This document shows, piece by piece, positions 50,101 to 63,920 of a DNA stretch of 64,000 nt. Where the stretch lies: assembly GCA_964304625.1 (NCBI GenBank), contig OZ199838.1:9815741-9879740 (forward strand). The letters run 5' to 3'. Position numbers and translations under genes: made by a program. The notes under the pieces are model-generated. The model was not told the origin of the DNA. It searched no databases and worked only from the letters and a program-made list of their open reading frames with translations. Source of the DNA: Kudoa neothunni (taxonomy: Eukaryota > Animalia > Cnidaria). How positions within the stretch are numbered: the stretch's first letter is position 1; every line of letters starts with the position of its first letter.

Positions 50101-53100
50101 TGATCATATTCTGATACTTTTTTGAAGTGATTCCTTGAAATTTCAGAACGTTTTTCTCTCTGTTCTTTCGTAAGAAAACGTGGAACAAACTTGGCCTCAA
50201 TTCATCTCATTCCAAGATCATCCGTTAAAATTGCGTGGCATGACCCAAATGAAATTCCTGTTTCTTCTCTAGTTTTCTTTATGGTTAATCTTCTATCTCA
50301 ACTAACTAATCTTTTTACAATTTCAATTAATTCAGTATTTTCACTCGATAAAGGTCTTCCATTGCGATCATTGCTTTCAACAGATATTCTTCAGTGTTTG
50401 AACCTTTTATACCACTCATAAACTCTAGATCGACTCATTTAAAGATGTCTTTTGAATCATGGCATATGTTTCCGCAGAAATTTTACCAGGTTTAACGCAA
50501 AACTTTATACAAATCCTTTGCTCATGATTCTCAGACATTTGATCGCGCGACGTCTATTTGGATCGTACCTTTTAAAGTGTGCTAGAATTCTTGTAGTTTT
50601 CGATCAATTTTTTTCTGATGTATAAATAATACGCGTGAATATATTTTATATAAGTTTTGATAATTTTAATACAGTTTAAAACATTTTAGTATTCAATATT
50701 AGGCTAGTCTTGATAATTTTTGAACAGACCACGTATTTCATATTACATGGAAATTTATGTTGATTGTACGTTTCCATCTTTGTTTCACCATGATTCATCC
50801 GCGGAAAGGTTCTCAATCGGGGCTAATTTTGAGATTGCAGAGGGAAAATTAAGTGACATCAAAATTGGATAACAACAATTTTTGCACAATGTGATTTGTT
50901 ACTCACCTAAGTATTTCTAAGGAGTCTTATTATTCAAGGTTATTAAACTCAGTTAAGATGTTAAAAATGCTTAAAATGTTTTTAGGAGTAAATATTTAAC
51001 GACTATTTATAAACCTATTATTAGTCTCCTTTTATGTCTCGTTTATCTTTTGGATATCAGGCCTAATAATACTTCAATAAATACACAACCTTAAAGTATT
51101 CTTGAATTTAGTTTTCATATAAAAGGGGAAAATTTAAACAAACCGAAGAGAACCTCCATTAAAAGATTTTCAGGCTATTTTCAAACGCATCAAAAACCTC
51201 AAAATATCTTCGTGTCGAGAGATATTTTTTAAAAGATATTCTTACTGAAAATTGTAATATTAAAAATTCATTTTTAATATGAGAGTTAGGCGTTTAAATG
51301 ATCTTCTTTCAATTTATAATAAAATAATTTTCTAAGGTTAAAGAAACCTGGTGTCTTCATTATCGAAAGAGTTACGATTCTACTTAGTATATATTAAATT
51401 AAAGTTTATTTTGATAAATTCTATAAAATAATAAAATTCATCCATAATTCTATATTTTACAAAAGTATCATCGATATAAATTCCATTAAGGAGGTCTTTG
51501 ATATATATGAACTAATGATTACAGAGATATATTAGATTCCGATTAATTTAAATATTCATTTATTGACTAAATATTCTCCTTAGTAATATTAAAGAATTAT
51601 AGGAGAGGCATAAAATACAATAAACTCTATGAAATAAAGCTTAAGGTTTTGACTTTATTTATTGAAGTTGATTCAAAAATTGCGATAAAAAAGTAAACAT
51701 TACGTCATAAATTCTAAGATACGTACGTGAATTCGCCATGGACTTATTTTCTCGTGTACTTTTTATATATAAAAAAAATCGTGAATATGTTTATTCAGGG
51801 ATACTGCACATACCTCAGCATGTTAATAAGACCAGTTAACCTCGCCTTTATCCAACATCATACTTATTGTGTATTTATTTCTTTTTCACCCTAACTTTAA
51901 TTTTTTATACATGTGTTACCACCAAATAACAATGTCACTTTAACGCGTATTTCAACTTTAAGTAACTTAATTTAATATAATTTGCTTTCTCGTAATCAAT
52001 TTTTAATTTTATAGTAAAGAGGTCTCCGCAATAATCCTAATGCTTCTATTTCACGGACAGCACAGTTTATTTACGGCAGAATTGTTTTTGCACAAATTAG
52101 CTAACATATAAAAACACGTTGATTTTCGTTCCCATTTTCACTTTGTGATATTTTCTTTTTCAAGGATATATTGTGATTTTTATCGCATTCAAAACAAGCG
52201 TCTATAATCCAATAAGGTTCACATAATAACTAACTTAACTTTAAACCTGAAATCCAATATTCTTAAGCTTAATAAGGTTTCAAATAGACCAAATCCATAA
52301 AATTTTTACATACCAACACAAACAATTCCCTAAATATATCAAAAAATTTACTTTTAGCCCCAATCCGACATGATTATATTCCACTTTAAATAACTGAAGC
52401 ACCCAAAAGTTATTTTAAATTATCATAAAGAATATTCCTTATAAATTGAAAAAGCCAGCTCTCATCAAAATAAAAAAAATTATCAGTTTTATTATCAACT
52501 AAAAAAAGTCCACATTAGAGCTTGGCATACTTTTATTTTGTAATCAGCATGTTAAATAATGAAGCTTTCGAAGTTACTTAGGACTATAAAGAATTTGTAC
52601 GTTCAGATAAAATTACATAGTTATTGAAACCAACAAAGTTTCGTCTAATCCTAAAAATAACCAAATCAGTGTTACTTTGATTACTCGCCGGCTATCGCGT
52701 TTCCTCAAAAATAAACAAACCATCTTTTCTGTTACAATATTATAATATGAATAACTAAACATTACATTTTGTCATTCACAAATCAACTTGAGAAATATAA
52801 AAAAATCCAAGCATATCAATAAGTTCACGAAATATTTTTTAATTCAACATTAACAGCGAATTAAATATACCGTTTAAATTTCGGATCATCCTCGATAATT
52901 TTTAAATTGGTGATAATATTTATCAAAATTTACGCCGATAATATAATGCATATTTATATTCCCATATCTTAGGTGGACGGAAGACCAACATCACGAAGTT
53001 TCACCTCATACGATATGGTCGTATCGGCTGAGAATGACAAAGTATCCAGTAATGAACTAGAAGTTATTTGCAACATCATTGATAATTTAAATATTAAAAT

Positions 53101-53453
53101 ACGCTCACACGCTGTAATTATGAATGCGCTCAAATCATCGTCCATCAATCGAAGATATTCAACTCTGAAATCGCTCTCTTCGCTCAAAGCATACATCAAT
53201 AAGGTAGCATAAGAAATATTAATAATAGAGAGTAATAAAACATCCATATCTTGTGTTTATTCAGATATTTCCAGAGGAGCCAAACAAAAAAATATGTCTC
53301 CTTTGCATAGAAAACGAGTGCGACCTGCTATTTCTTCCCTGCATTCATTTAGTTGTTTGCAGTGGGTGTTTCACCTTTGAAAAGGAGCTACGATGTCCGC
53401 TTTGTAACGGAGAGATTTCAGAGACGATTAATTTAAGAAAAAATTTGGAATAG
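47186..53453 (+). CDS. UNK: Unkempt RNA-binding protein (tandem CCCH zinc fingers plus C-terminal RING), multi-exon
   Basis: The spliced translation gives FRVHECVQFKQHRCSYHKPYTCFFWHFENQRRR, YYKTTKC...CAFSHGPND, NYKTISC, CPFYH..DQRRNP and EYQFHP, with a terminal RING CLLC...LPCIHLVVCSGC...CPLC. There is a large intron at 49309-52972. Confidence 0.92.
49424..50733 (-). mobile_element. mariner element (about 1.3 kb) in the Unkempt intron; transposase inactivated
   Basis: TA TSDs. TIR CGTGGTCTGTT(A/C)AAAAA. The minus strand encodes EQRICIKFCVK and YSPDLAPCDF. Confidence 0.92.
50805..51155. mobile_element. copy of the hAT-type MITE family
   Basis: AAATTAAGTGACATCAAAATTGGATA...TTTCTAAGGAGTC...AATGCTTAAAATGTTTT is shared with 57702-58330. 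Confidence 0.6.
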
Positions 53454-53987
53454 ATTGATATTTTTATTTTTGATAATGTTGTTTGAATTATTTTTATTGG
53501 ATTTTTGTTTTTTTTGCGCTAAAAATAATTTCGGCCGAAGATACAAACTTATATAAAAATAATTTCAAGTTCAAAATTGAACTAATAAAAATAAAGTTCG
53601 CTGTCTTCACTCGTCACACTGGGAGCCAACACCGACGATTCCGAATCCGACAATTCATGAGTCAGAGAAAATTGATTTAAATCTCCATTGTTCAATTTAA
53701 TTTTAAGCATTCTAACAATATGGATCAGACATCTGAACTCATTAAAAAATTATGCTACTTGTTCAGTTGACCCAATCTATCCGAAATATATTCATAGCGA
53801 ATGATGAGTTTTTTAATACGTTCGTTTTCCTAACAAAAAGCTCACATAAAAAACACAAATAAATTTAAAGCCACCTTTTGGATAGAATAGCATTCTTTAA
53901 GCAATTCTGCGCTATGTAACCTACGTAACATTCTCGAGGCAAATCCTGAAACAACGGAGTTAAACGAAAAGCAAACGAAAATTAATC

Positions 53988-56900
53988 ATGGTGGAAAGTT
54001 CCGTTAAAATCCCCAAAATCGTTGATATTGGTGGAAAATCAACCAATGTTGATTGATTTTAATTACTTTTAAATTTCATTTAGTCATTATTATAGATTCT
54101 ACCGGATGAAAAATTAAACCATACAAAAGTTCACGATCAATCGTCCATTAACACAAAAGCATACTCCGACGTGGATACTTCCGACGAAGAGGTTATATGT
54201 GTATTTTTTATAATTAAGTAAATTCATTAAAATTTAAGGAATTGCGTAATCATGTCGGGAATATTCCTCACGAATGGTATGATGACTTTGAACATTTTGG
54301 ATATTCGATAGAAGGCAACAAGGTTGTAAAAAGTGTGTCAAAAAATAATTCCGCCACATCAAATGTATCATTTCAAATAAATATTAACATAGATGTAAAA
54401 AATTTCATAGATTGATCAATTCTTGAATGCACACGACAATAAAAACCATTGGAAGACTCTAACCGACAGATCCACTGGTAAACAGTACATTCTGGAGGAT
54501 GAAGATGTGGAAATGCTGGAAAATATACAACTGGGGAAGTATCCGGACTTACACTTTGACCCTTATCAAGTTGGTTTGTTGATTCTTAATTTTCTGCGTA
54601 AGTTCTAAATGTATTTATCGTCTCACTAGAAATATGTCGATTGGTTTACTGGAGATGTTCAAGTGACACCTATCAGTGCTATTCCAGAAAGCAAACGCTC
54701 TTTTATGCCTTCTCAATCAGAACACAAACGCGTATGTTGCAACCTATGATGATTTATAATTTTACTCACCTACTAATTACTGACGTATTAGATTATGCGT
54801 TTGGTGAAAGCTATTCGTAATGGAGACATCAAAATCAATCAAAATAAAACTGATGCTAACGACCGGCCAACTAACTATTACTTACTTTGGGACTCTGCCG
54901 AAGACCAAATTCAAAACAATTTAACCCAAGTAAACCTCACAATTAATTCTTAATACATTTAGAAGCTGGGATCATTGCGATGACTATCTATAATCTATAG
55001 GCAATGCGATGGAGAAGAAATATGAATTGGGCGGCACCTAAATTGCCTCTTCCAAGTAACTTCATTCATTACACAATCATATTTTGCTTTATAATTAAAA
55101 ACTACATTGGACCTACGACTTTAGGTACCAGCGAATCGTTCAACCCTCCTCCTGAATACCTTCCCGACGATGATGATGTATTATTAGTTGGCTACCAATT
55201 GATTCACTCATTAATGTGTAGGTGAGAAAATGGGATGAAACTGAATATGAGAAAAAGATTGGTCAAGTATTACCACAAAAGTACTAATTTTTCTGATGTG
55301 ATTGTTTCGTTGTTGATACCAAATTTCATCAAAAAGATATGGATGCCTCAGACATGTGCCCGCATATGATAATTTTATTCGAGAAAAGTTTGAACGCTGT
55401 CTTGATCTCTACTTGTGTCCGCGTAAGAAGAAATCCAAAGTTATGGTCGACCCTGAATCGCTTATCCCTAAATTACCTTCTCTCGGCGAGTTGAAACCTT
55501 TCCCCTCCTGGGATGCCATTGTAAAATAATTAAATTATAATTATGTAGTAAGTTGTTTTTTAGAAATTTTCTGGCCACACCACTCAGGTTACATCACTAT
55601 CAATAAGCTGTGATGGTGAATTGTTGGCTAGTGGGGATTCCAAGGGAAATCTTATCATTTGGAACGTTTCTACTGCCAGGAAACTTTTCACTCTCACTAT
55701 TCAAAAGGATCTACCTATTGCCACTGTTATGTGGAATAAAAATCCTAAATTGAATAGGCTACTTCTTGTTTCATGGTAATAAAGTGTTTGCATTAGTTGT
55801 TGGGGGGAACACTCAACTAATTTAGTGGTGAACGAACTCAATTGCTTCTTCCATTAATCAATTGCTCCACAACAACATTATCCACAATAGAAAAATATTT
55901 GCTATCGTTAAACCAAATTGAGAATACAACACCATCAAACGATGATGACAATCATAACCCTAACATTAACGATATCAAATGGACCGATTTCACAAAGTGT
56001 ACCATTAAAAATAGTGCAGTGTCCTATTACACTCTAACGGTGTCACAACAATCTTGTGTAAATTTGACATGTCGTTGATGCGTTTTCTAATTATTGGGGT
56101 TATTTATATGAAGAAAATTGCTTGCTCTGATTGGCACAAAGCTGGAGACTACATTCTTAATGTGGTCAATTATTCAAAAAATAATCGTTATTCAGTTGTT
56201 ATTCATCAGATGAGCAAAAAGAGAAGTCAAGTATGGTTCAATGTATTATTCGTAGTAGATACTTATTTTTGCTATAGTCACCATTTAAAAAAACCAAACC
56301 ATACATTCAACGAGCATTATTCCATCCAATTAAACCTATTATCTTTGTTGCTGTAAATTTAAAACGAGATTGATGGGAGGTTTTTAATCCCTGATGGTAG
56401 ACTCAACGAAAAATTTATGTCTACAACCTTCAAAAACAAATTCTCATGAAAACGTACATCTCCTCATTGCACTGGATCTCCTCAATGGCTATCCACCCTC
56501 TTGGAGATAACTTCGTAGTGGGAAGCTTTGATAAACGTATCTCTTGGTTTGATACCGACCTCGCTACTACCCCCTATAAAACTCTAAAGTTTTCCCCACT
56601 TATTTAACATATAATAACTATATTCTACTCGTATGTAGATACAACAAAAAAGCCATACGTGATGTGGATTTACATCCGTCGTTACCCCTATGCTGTGCTG
56701 CTAGCGACGATGGATCTTGTACTGTTCTACATACAAAAGTTTATCCGTAAGCTTGACATTATATGCTATGCATCGTTGCCGATCTAATGTTATATCTAGC
56801 GACCTATCCAGTGACACACTTATTGTCCCTATTAAACAACTTCGAGCATCTGATTCTTCCGAAGGTTTTTAACAAGCTTCAAATTGGTGTTTTGAATTTG

Positions 56901-56988
56901 TGTAGGATTCACTTGCTGTAAGTTCCACCCCTTTAAGGCATGGCTATTTGCCGCTATGTCTGATGGCTCAATAAGAATGTTTATGTAA
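53988..56988 (+). CDS. BOP1: ribosome biogenesis protein BOP1/Erb1, about 17 short introns
   Basis: The spliced protein has [66 protein letters not shown] and WD40 repeats, and ends DGSIRMFM*. The 5' start is uncertain. Confidence 0.95.
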
Positions 56989-57701
56989 AAAACTTCGCTC
57001 TTTAGAATGTAGCAATAGATAGATATTACTTATGTTTATGTATGCGATAAATAACAACTTTTTCCTCTCTAGTAAAAGTGCGTTAATTAGAGAACTTATC
57101 GAACGCGCCATTTATATTTTGATCAATAATGTTAAATATATTAATATGATATAACATTAATTTTGTATTGTAATTGTTTAAGAATGATATTTGAATTTTA
57201 TGTATCATTTGGAAATTACTCGAAAGTTTAAATTTGGCGCAATAGAACGAACGAGTCTGTGACTCGTTTCGATACGTATCTTACTTTTTCTTTTCACCAT
57301 CATTTTTTTTAAATTTTATAAATTCTAACTATTCTTGAACGAATCAGAGCTCAATTATTGTCGCTAAAAAATTTAATTATTGAGAAATTTAAGATGATGG
57401 TTTTCTGAATTAAATTTTGGGTTTGTTAATTTTTAATTTATTATTATCAATAAAATATTGTTAAACAACCCAATTGAAATAATTTAGCACCGATTTACGT
57501 TTTAATTAATTTAAAATCACCAAGGATATAATTAAGGATTTTCTAATTTAAAACTAAAATTAAAAAAATTATTTCTTACTGCAAGGTGAAAACTCCATTA
57601 AAATTATTAAGTTGTATGGTCATGGCTATTCAAACTGCCCCAAGTAACTGCTTACGTACTAATTGGCAGTTTCACATGAAACTTTTCCAAACTCTCTAGG
57701 A

Positions 57702-58330
57702 CAGGGGATTTCAACCAGGGGTAAATTAAGTGATATCAAAATTGGATACGAGCACTTTTTTATAATATCTTTTGTTACATGTTAAAGGATTTCTAAGGAG
57801 TCATATTATTTAAGGCCATTAAACTCAACCAAAAATAGGCAGAAATGCTTAAAATGTTTTCTGGAATAAGTATTTAACAATTATTTATAAAACTATTATC
57901 AATATCTTTTTATGCCTCGTTTATTTTTTAGTGACGTAGCCTAATAATAATAATCATCATCATCATCATCATCAAAATGGCTATTTGCAGAATACTTAAT
58001 AATCAGATGTCACTGGTTTCGACCATTTTCAATTACTTCTGACCCTTAAGAACGAATAAATGAGCCATAAATAATTTAATTTAGCAATGTCTACAAAATT
58101 ATTTTCGTAGATAGCTTGTGAATAAGAGTTGATGGGATTAAAAATTGATATTACATAAGCGTACATTCCTTTTAGGGTTAGAATTTACCTTGAAAATAGC
58201 CTCTGTCATAGCTACACCAGTATAAAATCTTAAAGTAAATATGAATTTGGCTGTTCAAGTTAAGGGGTTAAATTTGAATTCTTCATCAGACCAAGTGGAT
58301 AAATTTTGAAAACCCCGTTGAGAACCCTTG
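57702..58330. mobile_element. hAT-type MITE (family copy) containing a (TAA)n(TCA)n microsatellite
   Basis: Termini CAGGGGATTTCAACC and GTTGAGAACCCTTG. The body is shared with the 28874 and 50805 copies. Confidence 0.65.
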
Positions 58331-58872
58331 ACTTAGATAAAATAAACCCATATGTCAAATTCTATTTCCGTTATCCTCAAATATATCTCTATTTTGTTGA
58401 TATTATATATTTATCCTTATAAATAATTCAATTAATTTACCTCAAAATTTTTCATAATATGATTATTAACACAGAATTAAAATACTACATACATTGCATT
58501 TGAATATTTATACCAAAAAATATGCATTTCAGTAGTTTCATTAATTGCATAAAAAATTAAGATAAAATAGTCTTGTTCTGAAAAATATGGGTTGTTTTCA
58601 TATTTTGAAAAATTCGTCCGAATAGCGTACCAAAACTCTTTGAATTTGCGGAGATCCTTCATTATGGATTTTTCTAAAAATCTTAAAAATTTTGTGTGTA
58701 AAATCGTTTAATTGGTCCATATAAGGTTTTTTGAGATGTCTTAGATTCAAATTTAAATAGATATTTTTAAAATCACCGCGCATGCGCACCCAAGCCAGCG
58801 TGTTAATTCCAAGCCAGTTCTTGGGGTTTAATTCTGGTCGCGTGCTTTTCGCATTTTATACTACCCCAGAAA

Positions 58873-60023
58873 ATGTCACTAAAATCCGTTAAAACTCTTT
58901 CTGATAACATTATCGGCAACTCGAAAGTTCTCCAATGTAAAAATAACACCTATTTTTTGAAACCGGTTACCCATCTGGCGTACCTCAGCAAGAGTGCTGT
59001 TACATACGACATGCCAGATAATGCAAAATCCTTTGTTCTGAATGAGGATTCATTCGATGAACGAGCCAAATCACAGTTCCATAAAATGTTTTCTCAGGTT
59101 CGGGCATGTAATTCAATTGGTATGTGGGCAAAACCATCGTTCACCTACATTCCACTTATCACCAATATAATCAACAAATCTGTTCAATATAATGGAAGGT
59201 AAGGTGATTAATATTGGTGAGATTATGCGATTGTACTAATGTGTATCAAGTTTTACAGGAGGAGGCGGTTTGAATCTGATCGCCAATTTTCAAACTGGGT
59301 TCGGCTGGATGTCTCATCTGAAAGACAATAGACTGGTACAACTAACCGGTGAAGTAAGTAAATTGTATCTGAGTGAAACTCCATTGCAAAATGTTGGATC
59401 CACTGATGACATACTCAGCACAGTCAATATGCCGATGGAATGGAAAGAAGTTTATAGACCTACATTTCATTTGCAGGATGAAGATACCGCTCCATACTCA
59501 TTGTACCCTGTTCCTTTGAGCTATCCCATCTTGTTGGTTAGTTTCAACTATAGAATTAAACAAGCTATCAATCGAGGTAATATTTCATGTAGAATTTATC
59601 GAGTCGATTGTTGAGATAATTTTTGCTTAAAAACTAGCACTGATGAATGCGATCGCTATTGCGGGATCTATGGCTGCCATTGTAAACAACATATCTCATG
59701 AAGATGTTTTTGTAGGCAATGTGCCTGACGCACTGGAAACGCCATACACTATAAAAGCGATAGCATTTGATGGACGTTCTGTTTCTACTATAATTGTTCA
59801 AACTAATACATTGAATTTGAGCAATACGGCTGGCGTTAAAAATCTGATCTGGTTTCAAACACCACAAACTATATGCAGCTTCAAACCTGCATATATGATT
59901 CACCATCACAATAAAATGTCTCATATAAAAAGGCGTTTTGTCAAACGGCAAACCTACGCAAACATTGATGAGGACTTTCAATTTGATCCTATCGTGAATC
60001 TGATGAAATTTATACACTTTTAG
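58873..60023 (+). CDS. MRPL37: mitochondrial ribosomal protein mL37-like (PDCD9 family), 3 exons
   Basis: The C-terminal exon LETPYTIKAIAFDGRSVSTIIVQTNTLNLSNTAGVKNLIW matches mL37 [40 protein letters not shown]. Two GT-AG introns join the three ORF pieces in frame. Confidence 0.8.
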
Positions 60024-60199
60024 TTGTTTTATATTGGTTGTTTCTTTCATTTGTTTCTAGCTAAAAATACATCAGATTAAGATGTCTACCTTTTCAGTTA
60101 ATAGCAGTCTTGCAGTTAATTTAATAACATGATGTCTAATTAATTTTACTATTATAGCCCTTAAAATTCTAATATTATTCTTTTTATAGGCTAGAATCG

Positions 60200-60635
60200 T
60201 CTGTGCATCTTTTTAATTTAAGGATTCCTAGTTTATGGGGCCAACTACATGAACAGGGTAGACACCGGGGCGAATCACATGTAACCACTCACATTATCCT
60301 TCTGCCAATAATATTAGTATTCGATCTATTTAAATGTCCACATCTCAAAGTGACTATCACTTCAACAACGTTGGCTCTGTCAGTCGGTGATATTTTTATT
60401 GCCCACAAGTCAATGATGATTCGGACGCCTGATACGAGTCGCCCCCATTGGAATTGGCCAGAAATGACGATATATAATAGAAGAATAGTGAGTGTAAACT
60501 TTAATCATAGCCCAAATTATTTAATTTACACTCAACATAAGAACAGCGGCCGAGTCTAGATCTAGAAGGATTCGAATTTGTGACCTCTAGGTTTACGATC
60601 AACCCCTACCCATATACTTGTACCATACGACAGTC
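60200..60635 (-). mobile_element. degenerate tRNA-headed SINE-like element
   Basis: B-box-like ATTCGAATCC on the minus strand near 60568-60577, within a GC-richer stretch. Confidence 0.35.
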
Positions 60636-60712
60636 AAATTTTTTCATCAGAGTAGTCTGATACGTAGTAGACCTTCCATAATCCCTGTAAGACTGGAGAA
60701 CTGTTGCTTTAA

Positions 60713-61808
60713 CCTTCTAAAGTCGCTAAAAAAGCTATCTTCGGAGGTCTTTTGAGGTCAAATTGACCCCAGATTATTATTTGATAAAGTAGTTCCAAAA
60801 ATTGTTACCAATTCAAATTTCTGGCATTTTCGATTTCTATCGACTAATTTTTCAATAAAACAATGTGAAATATAACAATTAATCCTGTTAGATCTTTTAC
60901 GTAATTATTCGTAAGCTGTTAGGAAATGATCGTAAAATGTAGGCCACTGTTCAATAGTTAATTTACTATCTAAAATAATCATTTGGGTTCTTCTTTGGGG
61001 AAAATATTTCAATTTAAATTTTCTATAAACAATAATTTAATACACCATCTAAAATAACAATTACTATTTATTTTCACTTAGATCGTAATACTTTTTCAGT
61101 TTGTTTTTAAGCTAAACTAGCGCCAAACCCCGCCTTTGTCAGTTTATACAAATATTTTGAGTTGGAGAACCCCTTTAAAATCGTTTAAAATACACTTATA
61201 CTCTTAGTTTACCCATAAGAAGGATGAAGCTAAAATATTTTTAAAGGAAATCGCAAAAGCTGTCAGCTGTCTATCAACCTCAAATGGACCAAAATTTAAC
61301 GGAAACAGAAATGGAAAATTGTCAAAGCAAAATTACCCTATTTAAGGCTCCAAACTAACAGTTTAAGAATATCCGAAAAAGACGTCGATGTGAGTATTGT
61401 CTTCGTGGAACTGATAAAAAAACTCAATCACATGCTCATGTAGCAATAAATACTATTGCTCAGTTCATTCATTGACGAAATGTAAGAATTGTTCAAATAA
61501 TTGGATAATTCGGATCAAATTTTTTAAAATTTGTATAATTTTTTTTTGCGTGAAGAATATATAGTCTTCAATTTATCAGCTAAAACAATGGACGCGAAGT
61601 ATCATTTTTCGTACGATCATTTGCGAATAGGATCCGGTATTATTAGTAAGGTATTAACACAGATTAAATGATATATCAATCGCCATTTTATCAAAGAATC
61701 AGTCAATAGAATTCATAAAACATCATTTCTTTACTTTTTAAAAAATTTTTATAGCATAATCGTAAAATGAAAACTTGGGGTCAAATTGGCCCCAAAGTCT
61801 TCGGATGG
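60713..61808 (+). mobile_element. internally deleted piggyBac element
   Basis: TTAA on both flanks, GGTCAAATTG(A/G)CCCC subterminal motifs, and an internal cysteine-rich C-terminal remnant KRRRCEYCLRGTDKKTQSTCSCSNKYYCSVH. Confidence 0.8.
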
Positions 61809-63804
61809 TTAAATGCGCCACTAACAAATCTCCGAAATTTATTTGTAATGTACAAAAAAATTAACAAATGTTTCGGGCCATAACAGGTAATTAGTTACCA
61901 ATATATCCTTGGAGTATTCTAAAGATACCGCAGATACATTATTTAAAAACAACTGACGAGTTTCCATATTACTTTTTCGTGTGTGATGATAAAACCAAGC
62001 TAGATTGATACCGTATTACAGTATCAACCAGCAATAGGTGTACTTGACAGAGTAAAATGTCTGGCCAACACTCAACTAGGGTTTAAGAATCTAATTATTT
62101 TAATGAGTGTTTAAAGAATAATACTATATTTCGACTTAACTAATGAAAAAATCACCTTAGTTTAATTTGACGATATTTGATTTTATGCTTGCGAACTCAG
62201 AAATTTAAAAGAATTTATTAGAACCCATTCTCTGAAGCTGAGATTACATGAAATAACATTGATTCATCCTTTAGATAAATTATAACGTTGACACTCATAC
62301 AGAGAATACACTCCAATGAATTATTAATTTATCTAAAAATTACATTACAGACATAAAATGCGCCAGTTTGGTACGTTTCTACATCCAATAAAAGTTCAGA
62401 TTTAGAGTTAATTTTTATCTGAAATTGGCGTATGCAACATTACAAGTTAATCTTGAAACTCTTTATTTTCTTTTAGCGTTCATAAAGTCATTACAATAAG
62501 TGGTTAATTCATTTTTATTTATTAAAAAACATTTTAGATGATTTTTAGATCGAATCAGCCAAATAAATTTAAAATACGTTTAAATCTTTCTTCATTTATT
62601 GACATTCAATATGTATAATTAGTGATCTAGGATACACACATTGTTTGGCTGAAAATATATTGTAAGATTTAGTGATTATTTTCATAATAGCAGTACATTA
62701 TTTCATGCTTAATTAAATGAACTACAGCGGAAGCCATAAACTTTCTTATCAATTACATATACTTCGAGAAAATTTCAGTAAATGGATGCAATCCCGAGCA
62801 ATGCATTGTCATATTAGAGTGAAGCACGCGTGAAACTAACTTTTCTTAGCCGCTCGTACTTGTTGAGTAATCATTATGCGGAGGAGCTGAGAATTAAACG
62901 CAATTCTCTATAGCATTGGGTTTACACTGATACAGTATTTCTAAATCAAAATGCAACTAATATTTTAGAATGAAATAAACTTTTTGTGAACGTTTTCTAA
63001 ATTAAAATGCATTATTTTTATATCAAAAAGTAATTTTTACACGGCTCAGCAATACGTCGGGTCAAAACACACCTTTACCAAATCAAAATTGAATTAACAC
63101 AAATAAGCAAAAATATGTGGCATTGTACGTAAGAATGCGAAATAGAGTTATTCTGTTCATAGAAATAACTGATGTTTGTTTTATTTCTTATGGAATGCCT
63201 CAGGAATATACAAGTGAATAAATCGTTGAGTTTATTGATGCTCATAAATCAACGATTGGGTGAATTTTAAGACGAAACCAGTAAGTTATTTGTTTGGTCA
63301 GTAAACAAGTGGTGACAACCGATCAAAACTTTCTAATGTGCAAAAATTATTCAATAAAGGTTTAGTAGATGATGATTGCACAACAAGTTTTTCGAAAATC
63401 GTATAAAAACTAATTTTCCTACCAAGTTACGCCCCTTTTTTAGATCCAAGTAAGACATTTTCCATTATTTGACGTCAGTTGTAATAAATAATAATCCCTC
63501 CGACAATAAGAATTATTTCATGCGAATACGGAAGGACCAACTAAAATTATGCCACAACAATATTCAAACGACTACAACTATTCAGACTCATAGTATAATT
63601 GTTGTTTAAACTCAGAAAATATTGCTAACTGGAAATATGCTTCATTTTAAGAAGGTTGCATGTTGATCTTATTCTATTGTAATAGTATGACACTCAACGC
63701 ATCTTCATAATCTAATAATGATTGTGAACGAATATTAAGTTTTCTCCCAAACTTAATAGTTTTCCTATCCAAAATATTTCGCCCAAAAGCCATTCAGTAA
63801 ATAG

Positions 63805-63920
63805 CAAGCCCATGCACATGGGAGAGTATGATAAATAAGCTAGACCTCCGATGGTTCGTAACTAGTTCGTCGGTGATGATCGTTGGTACTGAGGTTTTTG
63901 TGGTTGTGATCTATATTTTC
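63805..63920 (+). mobile_element. old internal fragment of the SINE family
   Basis: ATGGGAGAG...CTCCG and GGTGATGATCGT...GAGG.TTTTGTGG resemble the reverse complement of about 2020-2160. Confidence 0.35.

Noticed and set aside
54745-54783. C-box ATGATGA and D-box CTGA in a BOP1 intron
   Set aside because: They span only about 40 nt, too short for a C/D snoRNA, and CTGAC fits the branch point.
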